Shown in pieces: positions 57,004-64,000 of a DNA stretch of 64,000 bases; the stretch's first letter is position 1, and every line of letters begins with the position of its first letter. The position numbers and the translations under genes were made by a program. The notes below the pieces were generated by a model, which was given only the letters and a program-made list of their open reading frames with translations, did not search any database and was not told where the DNA came from. The stretch covers positions 467,533 to 531,532 of the forward strand of contig OZ242373.1 in NCBI GenBank assembly GCA_965209065.1, given 5' to 3'. This stretch comes from Alphaproteobacteria bacterium. Its GTDB lineage: Bacteria > Pseudomonadota > Alphaproteobacteria > JAPOUT01 > G958296285.

Positions 57004-57996
57004 CTACAGCAAAGGTGCTATATGGGGCGCGAAGTAAGTTAAAATAGAGTCAGCTCCCGCGCGGCGTAAAGCCACAAGACTTTCAATCGCTATTTTTTCT
57101 AACTCTTTAGGGTCGCTGCTAGCGCTATTGGCTATCATCGCGTATTCGCCCGACACCTGATAGGCAAACACTGGCATAGCAAACTGCTTTTTTACACGAT
57201 AAATAATATCAGCATAAAAGTGCGCGGGCTTGACCATTATAATATCAGCCCCTTGTTCTATATCTAAAGCGGTTTCGCGTAAGGCTTCATCGCTGTTGGC
57301 GTAATCCATCTGGTAGGTTTTCTTATCCCCCTTGAGAACATTCTGCGAGCCGACCGCATCGCGAAAAGGCGCATAGAGCGCGGAAGCATATTTCACCGCG
57401 TAAGATAAAATAATTCTATCGGCAAAGCCGTTGGTGTCGAGCGCGTGGCGAATAGCGCCGATGCGTCCGTCCATCATATCGGAGGGCGCGATAACATCGC
57501 ACCCCGCCGCCACCTGAACCAGCGCTTGCTGCGTCAAGCATTCAACCGTCTCGTCATTTAAGATAACATTATCCTTGAGAAGCCCATCGTGTCCGTGCGA
57601 GGTGTAAGGGTCAAGGGCGACATCGCATATCACACCAAGCGCAGGGTTGGCTTCCTTCAAGGCGGCAATGCCACGACAAACAAGATTATCCCGATTGAAC
57701 GCCTCGCTGCCGGTCTCGTCACGCTTTTCGGGCGGCGTTAGCGGAAAGAGCGCAACCGCAGGCAGCTTCAGCCGAGCGGCGGTCTCAGCGATATACGCCA
57801 TATCCTTAATCGGGTAGCGCACGATAGAGGGCATGCTCGCAACAGGAACGCGCTCATCGCCCTCCACGAGAAATATAGGCCAAATCAGATTTTGCGCGCT
57901 AAGCGAAGTCTCGGCGACAAGCGCGCGGATAAAAGGCGAGGCGCGCAATCGGCGCGGTCGCGTGGTCGGGTGCTTGGCGTGAAAACTAAATGACAT
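57004..57996 (-). CDS. hemB: Porphobilinogen synthase (delta-aminolevulinate dehydratase)
   Basis: 330 aa. RPRRLR..PFIRALVAETSLSAQNLIWPIF; ..MVKPA..Y.D. Confidence 0.94.
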   Translation of the reverse strand: MSFSFHAKHPTTRPRRLRASPFIRALVAETSLSAQNLIWPIFLVEGDERVPVASMPSIVRYPIKDMAYIAETAARLKLPAVALFPLTPPEKRDETGSEAFNRDNLVCRGIAALKEANPALGVICDVALDPYTSHGHDGLLKDNVILNDETVECLTQQALVQVAAGCDVIAPSDMMDGRIGAIRHALDTNGFADRIILSYAVKYASALYAPFRDAVGSQNVLKGDKKTYQMDYANSDEALRETALDIEQGADIIMVKPAHFYADIIYRVKKQFAMPVFAYQVSGEYAMIANSASSDPKELEKIAIESLVALRRAGADSILTYFAPHIAPLL

Positions 57997-58002
57997 AAGC
58001 GC

Positions 58003-58015
58003 ATAATAGCATTAT
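58003..58015. promoter_or_regulatory. 13-bp palindrome ATAAT-AGC-ATTAT in the 28-bp hemB/hemA divergent spacer
   Basis: Read directly from the sequence. It is centred between the hemB ATG (57996, minus) and the hemA ATG (58025, plus). Confidence 0.4.
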
Positions 58016-58024
58016 ATTAAAACG

Positions 58025-59233
58025 ATGAGCCAATTTTATGATGAGCAGTTCGCTCAATATATTGCTTCACTGCATAAAGAGGGGCGTTATCGTGTTTTTG
58101 CCGACATCACACGCAAGCGCGGCGCGTTTCCGTTTGGCGTGTGGCATGACGGCGCGCGGCAACACGAGATTATCATCTGGTGTTCCAATGATTACTTATG
58201 TATGGGGCAGCACCCGAAAGTCATTGCGGCGATGCACGATGCGCTAGACGAAGCCGGCGCCGGCGCGGGTGGCACGCGCAATATATCTGGCACGAACCAC
58301 TATCATATTGAATTAGAGCAAGAGCTTGCCTCTCTACACGATAAGCCTTCGGCCTTGTTGTTTAATTCGGGCTACGCGGCGAACGAAGCGGTGTTGAGTT
58401 CGCTTGCGCGTTTGCTGCCGCACTGCGAAATTTTTTCCGACAGCATGAACCACGCCTCGATGATAGAGGGCATCAAGCACGGCGAGGGCAAGAAACATAT
58501 TTTCAATCATAACGATTTAGACGATTTAGAGCGCAAGTTAAAAACGGCTGAGATTGATGTTCCTAAAATTGTTGCTTTTGAGTCGGTTTATTCTATGGAC
58601 GGAGACATCGCGCCGATTAATGAGATGTGTGATTTAGCCCATCGCTACAAGGCGCTGACTTATTTAGATGAGGTGCATGCGGTTGGTCTTTATGGCGCGC
58701 GCGGCGGCGGCATCGCCGAGCGCGAGCGTGTGGCGGATAAGGTTGATATTTTACAAGGCACATTAGCCAAAGGGTTCGGCGGGCAAGGCGGCTACATTGC
58801 CGCGAGTGCGCCTCTGGTTGATGCGATGCGCTCTTACGCGCCGATGTTTATTTTCACGACCGCTATGTCGCCGGTGTTAGCGGCGGGTGCGCTTGCGGCG
58901 GTGCGCCATCTCAAAGAGAGTCAAAGCGAGCGCGAGGCACTTCACGCCAACGCTGAGTTTCTCGCGCGCACGCTAAAGCAGGCGGGGCTGCCGGTGCTGG
59001 ATAATCCGAGTCATATTGTTCCAGTGATGGTCGGCGACCCGATAGAGTGTAAAAGGATAACCGATACCTTGCTACACGAATATGGTTTTTATGTTCAGCC
59101 GATAAACTATCCGACCGTGCCGCGCGGCACAGAGCGGTTACGCTTTACACCTTCGCCCGCGCACAGCGAGAAGATGATGCTTGATTTGGTAGAGAGCTTG
59201 AAGGCGGTTTGGCAACGCTCTGCCGCGGAGTAA
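58025..59233 (+). CDS. hemA: 5-aminolevulinate synthase
   Basis: 402 aa. ..[17 protein letters not shown].......[15 protein letters not shown]; the PLP-lysine context is SLAKGFG-like (GTLAKGFG). Confidence 0.93.
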   Translation: MSQFYDEQFAQYIASLHKEGRYRVFADITRKRGAFPFGVWHDGARQHEIIIWCSNDYLCMGQHPKVIAAMHDALDEAGAGAGGTRNISGTNHYHIELEQELASLHDKPSALLFNSGYAANEAVLSSLARLLPHCEIFSDSMNHASMIEGIKHGEGKKHIFNHNDLDDLERKLKTAEIDVPKIVAFESVYSMDGDIAPINEMCDLAHRYKALTYLDEVHAVGLYGARGGGIAERERVADKVDILQGTLAKGFGGQGGYIAASAPLVDAMRSYAPMFIFTTAMSPVLAAGALAAVRHLKESQSEREALHANAEFLARTLKQAGLPVLDNPSHIVPVMVGDPIECKRITDTLLHEYGFYVQPINYPTVPRGTERLRFTPSPAHSEKMMLDLVESLKAVWQRSAAE

Positions 59234-59234
59234 G

Positions 59235-60146
59235 ATGTTTAAGAAAAAAAATGAGTTTGAGCTCATTCAATCTTATTTTGCCCCCTTGAGTAAAGGCTAT
59301 GAGGGTGCTTTAGCACTAAAAGATGACGCGGCTTTGCTCGATGGTTATGTGATAAGCACCGATGGCTTTTTAGAGGGCGTTCATTTTCGTTCAAGCGACC
59401 CGCCTGAAGCCATAGGCGAGAAAATATTACGCGCGAGTCTATCGGATATTGCGGCGATGGGAGCCGCACCCGAATGCTGGTTTTTAACGGCGGCTTTTGG
59501 TAAAAAACTTGCGGCGCGGATAAAAGATTTCGCTAGGGGGTGCGGTGCGGCGCAAGAGCTCTTTGCTATTCATCTAGCGGGCGGGGATATGGTTGCTTCG
59601 CCTTCGGCTTCATTTTTTTCGGTAACGGTGGTTGGTAAAGCGCGAAAGCCTGTCAAGCGTAGCGGTGGTCTTGTGGGCGATAGGTTATATGTCAGCGGCA
59701 CGCTTGGCGATAGTGCTTTGGGGTTGAGGTGCGACAATCGGTTTTTGCGTTCGCGTTATTTATACCCGCAGCCGCGTTTAGCTTTGGGGCTTTGTTTGCC
59801 GAAGCTCGCGCACGCGGCGATAGATTTGTCTGATGGTTTGGTGGCAGATTTAACGCACTTATGCGGTGCGAGTGGTTGCGGCGCGCACATTTATGAGGAT
59901 AGCCTACCTTTATCGCGCGAGGCTCTAGAGTTTGGTGCGCGGCATTTAGCCTTGAACGCGGGCGATGACTACGAGCTTTTGATAGCAGCACCCGCCAAGA
60001 ATGAGGCAAAACTTTTTGCTGCGGCGCACGAGGCTGGCACACCGCTCACGTGTATTGGCGAGCTAACTCGCGGCAAGAAAATCACTATTACCGATAGCAC
60101 CGGCGCGGTTATTAAACCGGCGGGTGGCTACCAGCATTTTAAGTAA
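59235..60146 (+). CDS. thiL: Thiamine-monophosphate kinase
   Basis: FELIQSYFAPL...DDAALL...; SLSDIAAMGA; GDDYELL. Confidence 0.9.
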   Translation: MFKKKNEFELIQSYFAPLSKGYEGALALKDDAALLDGYVISTDGFLEGVHFRSSDPPEAIGEKILRASLSDIAAMGAAPECWFLTAAFGKKLAARIKDFARGCGAAQELFAIHLAGGDMVASPSASFFSVTVVGKARKPVKRSGGLVGDRLYVSGTLGDSALGLRCDNRFLRSRYLYPQPRLALGLCLPKLAHAAIDLSDGLVADLTHLCGASGCGAHIYEDSLPLSREALEFGARHLALNAGDDYELLIAAPAKNEAKLFAAAHEAGTPLTCIGELTRGKKITITDSTGAVIKPAGGYQHFK

Positions 60147-61119
60147 ATCGTTTATTCAGCCAGTCGATGATGAGCTTGTTAAGCTCATCGGGTTTTTCTT
60201 GCTGCGTCCAATGACCGCAATCCGCGATGATATGCTTTTCTAAATCGGGAACAAATTCCTCCATGCCCTCAGTCATTTCGGGGCGGAGCACAACATCATC
60301 GGCAGCGGAAATCATCAGCGCAGGGTGAGGCACAAGCTGTTTAACATCTTTACTCGCTTCCCAGTTGCGCGTCATATTACGATACCAATTTATACCCGGC
60401 GTATAACCGGTTGCCGTGAAAGCCTCCTCATAAACTTTGAGCTCGTCATCGCTAAAGAGCGGCTGCCCACCCAAATCACCACCTTGCTGGAAGGCTTTGA
60501 CAAAGCTATGGCTTCGCCGCTCGGCAGGTTGCGCATCGTATTCGGCGCGCTTCATTCCCTTGCGATACCAAAAGCGCATAGAGCGCGGAATATCTTCCTC
60601 AAATATTTTATCCACCACGCCATACTCTTGGAAACGCACGACATAGTTTTCATCGCCGAACAAGTGGCGCATCGTTTCAATCGGCTCTTGCTTCGAGCGC
60701 GCGGTAAAGGGCGTGTTCACACCAATCACACCTGCCACGCGCTCGGGGTAGTAAAGCGGAATGCTCCAGACAATAAAGCCGCCCCAGTCATGCCCGCAGA
60801 AAATTGCTTTTTCAATGCCGAGCTTATCGAGCAGGGCAATCATATCATCAACCAAGTGCTTGACATCATAAAGCGGGACGTCAGCTTCCGTGCCTTTATC
60901 GCTCAGGGGCTTTGCGGTTTTGCCGTAGCCGCGCATATCGGGAGCGATGGCTCGAAAACCTGCTTGGCTGAGCGCGTCAAGCTGGTGCCGCCACGAGAAG
61001 GCTATCTCAGGAAAGCCATGGCACAGAATAACGGGCGGACAGCTATTCTTCTCGGTGCCTTTTTCATAGATAGCCATTTTCAAATCGGGGATTTCGACAA
61101 ATTGGGGTTTGGGAAACAT
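60139..61119 (-). CDS. Alpha/beta-fold hydrolase (epoxide-hydrolase / haloalkane-dehalogenase-like)
   Basis: 326 aa. HGFPEIAFSWRHQ; nucleophile elbow GHDWGG; C-terminal ..GHWTQQEKPDE. Its 3' end overlaps the thiL 3' end by 8 nt (convergent). Confidence 0.88.
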   Translation of the reverse strand: MFPKPQFVEIPDLKMAIYEKGTEKNSCPPVILCHGFPEIAFSWRHQLDALSQAGFRAIAPDMRGYGKTAKPLSDKGTEADVPLYDVKHLVDDMIALLDKLGIEKAIFCGHDWGGFIVWSIPLYYPERVAGVIGVNTPFTARSKQEPIETMRHLFGDENYVVRFQEYGVVDKIFEEDIPRSMRFWYRKGMKRAEYDAQPAERRSHSFVKAFQQGGDLGGQPLFSDDELKVYEEAFTATGYTPGINWYRNMTRNWEASKDVKQLVPHPALMISAADDVVLRPEMTEGMEEFVPDLEKHIIADCGHWTQQEKPDELNKLIIDWLNKRFT

Positions 61120-61172
61120 AATAACCTCCTTTTATGCTAGCCTTTTTTTAGATATAATGTTATAGCACGATT

Positions 61173-61493
61173 ATGGGAAAAGTTACATATATACAGCCTG
61201 ACGGCTCTAAGCAAGAGGTGGAGCTGGATAACGGCGCGACGGTGATGGAGGGCGCGGTGCAAAACGATGTCTCCGGCATTGACGCAGATTGCGGCGGAGC
61301 ATGTGCCTGTGCCACGTGCCACGTTTATATCGAGCCTGCTTGGCGTGAGAAGGTCGGCAAGCCCGAAGATATGGAAGAGGGGATGTTAGATTTTGCGACA
61401 GAGGTCAAAGAGGAGAGCAGGCTTTCGTGCCAGATAACGATGAGCGATGAGCTAGATGGTTTGGTCGTCCGCTTGCCCGAAAAGCAGTTTTAG
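61173..61493 (+). CDS. 2Fe-2S ferredoxin (adrenodoxin/putidaredoxin type)
   Basis: 106 aa. [12 protein letters not shown] (C-x5-C-x2-C) plus the downstream Cys in [13 protein letters not shown] at 61153-58, with no obvious SD. Confidence 0.9.
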   Translation: MGKVTYIQPDGSKQEVELDNGATVMEGAVQNDVSGIDADCGGACACATCHVYIEPAWREKVGKPEDMEEGMLDFATEVKEESRLSCQITMSDELDGLVVRLPEKQF

Positions 61494-61496
61494 TAG

Positions 61497-62524
<1,028 letters not shown>

Positions 62525-62525
<1 letters not shown>

Positions 62526-63145
62526 TGGGTTTTTACGCGAACCATATTGTGCCAAAGCTGATTGATTTGAGTTGTAGCACATCGCCTATTATGAAGCAGC
62601 GCGCGAAAATAGTGCCAGCGGCAGAAGGCGAGGTGTTAGAAATAGGGATTGGCTCGGGGCATAACTTTGATTTTTACAATAGAGATAAAGTGAAGCGCTT
62701 GATTGGTCTAGAGCCGTCGGCGGCGATGAGGCGTCTTGCGTCCGAGCGCGCGCAGCAGCGCGGCATAGACGTTGAGTTCATCGATTTATCGGCAGAGACA
62801 ATACCGCTTGACGATAAAAGCGTTGATACGATTTTGGTTACTTATACGCTTTGCTCTATTCCTGATGTGCGCGCGGCTTTGAGCGAGATGAGGCGCGTGT
62901 TGCGTCCGAGTGGCTCGTTGTTATTTTGCGAGCATGGTCTTGCGCAGTTGGAGTCGATTCAGAAGTGGCAGCGGCGCTGGGAGCCGCTTTGGAAAAGAAT
63001 AGCCGGCGGTTGTCATTTAACGCGCGACATTCCCAAGCTCATCGAGGGTTCGGGCTTTCGTTTAGAGCAATTAGAGGAGATGGCTCTTCCCAATACGCCG
63101 GCGATTGCCGGGTATAATTATTGGGGACGAGCTTTGACGCGGTAG
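62525..63145 (+). CDS. Class I SAM-dependent methyltransferase (Methyltransf_11-like, small-molecule type)
   Basis: 206 aa. SAM motif I VLEIGIGSG and post-I/II motifs LRPSGSLLFCEH. TAATG overlap with the preceding gene. Confidence 0.8.
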
Positions 63146-64000
63146 TTGTCGTCTGCTTTTGCGATAAGCGCGGCGAACCGCTTGACGGCAGAGGCAGGCG
63201 CGGAGGTGCTACGCGCGGGCGGCAACGCGGTTGATGGCGTGTTGGCAGCGGCTTTCACTTCTTTTATCGCCGAGCCGATTATGTCGCAGCCTTATGGCGG
63301 CGGCTTTTTGATGGTGCAGCAGAGGGGCGAGCGTCACGCGCACTTGCTAGATTTTTACGGACATACGCCCAAGATGAAAACATCACAAGAGGCATTAGAT
63401 AATTGTGTTGTTGAGGCGGATTTTGGTCAAACGAAGCAGAAGTTTCACATTGGCGCGGGGACGATAGCCGCGTCGGGGTTGGCTTTGGGTTTTGCCGAAG
63501 CCTTGGCGCATTTTGGCACGATGACTCTTCCCCAGCTTGCGGCGCAAGCCATTTGCTTGGCGCGTGAGGGGATTGTGCTTGACCAGAAGCAGGCGGATAT
63601 TTTTCAAGTTGTTGCGGCTGTTTTACAGAGCGACAAAGATGCGATGGCACTTTACGGCAATGATAAAGGTGCGCTGCTACAAAAAGGCGAGCTGTGGCGC
63701 AACGAAGCGCTCGGCGATGTGCTTGAGGTTTGGGCGCAAGAGGGCGCGCGTTTTATGAGCGAAGGCGAAGCGGCGCGTGCGCTGTTAGAGATAACGGAGC
63801 AAGGCGGCGCGGTGCGCGCGGAGGATTTGCGTGATTATCAAGTGAAGGCGCGCGAACCTCTTGCGATAAAGTATAAGGGGGTGGATATTTTTGCTAACCC
63901 GCCGCCGTCTGCTGGGGGGGTGTTGATTAAACTTGCTTTGTCTTTGCTAGAAGAAACGCAGCCGATAGATGTAGCCTCTGCTTTAACAAAACTTTATCAT
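63146..64000 (+). CDS. Gamma-glutamyltransferase-family protein, 3' end beyond the window (no signal peptide seen)
   Basis: Not in the ORF track because there is no in-window stop. In the frame starting at TTG 63146, immediately after the methyltransferase TAG, my translation reads MSSAFAISAANRLTAEAGAEVLRAGGNAVDGVLAAAFTSFIAEPIMSQPYGGGFLMV...ANPPPSAGGVL, which is a typical GGT N-terminal half. Confidence 0.75.
   Translation, partial: MSSAFAISAANRLTAEAGAEVLRAGGNAVDGVLAAAFTSFIAEPIMSQPYGGGFLMVQQRGERHAHLLDFYGHTPKMKTSQEALDNCVVEADFGQTKQKFHIGAGTIAASGLALGFAEALAHFGTMTLPQLAAQAICLAREGIVLDQKQADIFQVVAAVLQSDKDAMALYGNDKGALLQKGELWRNEALGDVLEVWAQEGARFMSEGEAARALLEITEQGGAVRAEDLRDYQVKAREPLAIKYKGVDIFANPPPSAGGVLIKLALSLLEETQPIDVASALTKLYH

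Overview
This window comes from a compact chromosome of alphaproteobacterial type, roughly 50% G+C by eye. The assignment rests on 5-aminolevulinate synthase (hemA), LpxI in place of LpxH, a short ProRS, and the conserved block rpsB-tsf-pyrH-frr-uppS-cdsA-dxr-rseP-bamA-skp-lpxD-fabZ-lpxA-lpxI-lpxB. I call about 52 protein genes. I saw no rRNA, tRNA, CRISPR array or transposase. Most gene junctions are 0-10 nt apart or overlap.

The supplied ORF track misses the largest feature. Positions 1-13809 are one uninterrupted minus-strand reading frame of at least 4603 codons, with its stop beyond the left edge. It has a strong SD and ATG, a signal peptide and a clear two-partner-secretion (TPS/filamentous-haemagglutinin) N-terminal domain. 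A highly periodic beta-helix follows. The '+' ORFs listed in that region are antisense shadows. No TpsB/Omp85 partner lies next to it in the window. The genes upstream on the same strand encode a double beta-propeller lipoprotein and HIT, FemAB-like and RidA proteins.

Other accessory content:
- A ~0.5 kb AT-rich islet sits directly downstream of glmS (the classical attTn7 position). It encodes an orphan protein resembling a BamHI/BglII-type PD-(D/E)XK nuclease, with no methyltransferase beside it.
- A Lys-rich, histone-H1-like protein with a C-terminal HTH is translationally coupled to a PleD-like diguanylate cyclase.
- Four exported Sel1-like-repeat proteins are present, two of them wedged by overlapping start/stop codons into housekeeping operons (coaD-SLR-ppi and queA-SLR-tgt).

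Small-scale structure:
- Near-perfect 15-bp in-frame tandem duplications occur in at least five unrelated genes.
- Two short tandem arrays at gene 3' ends (16 bp x5 after frr, 8 bp x5 after the propeller gene) place TAA in all three frames.
- A perfect 12-bp inverted repeat and an ATG-TAA start-stop lie in front of cysD.
- A 13-bp palindrome lies in the 28-bp hemB/hemA divergent spacer.
- All three convergent gene junctions leave no room for an intrinsic terminator.

A second ORF missing from the track, a gamma-glutamyltransferase-family gene, runs off the right edge. All functional calls come from reading motifs by eye. No database search was run.
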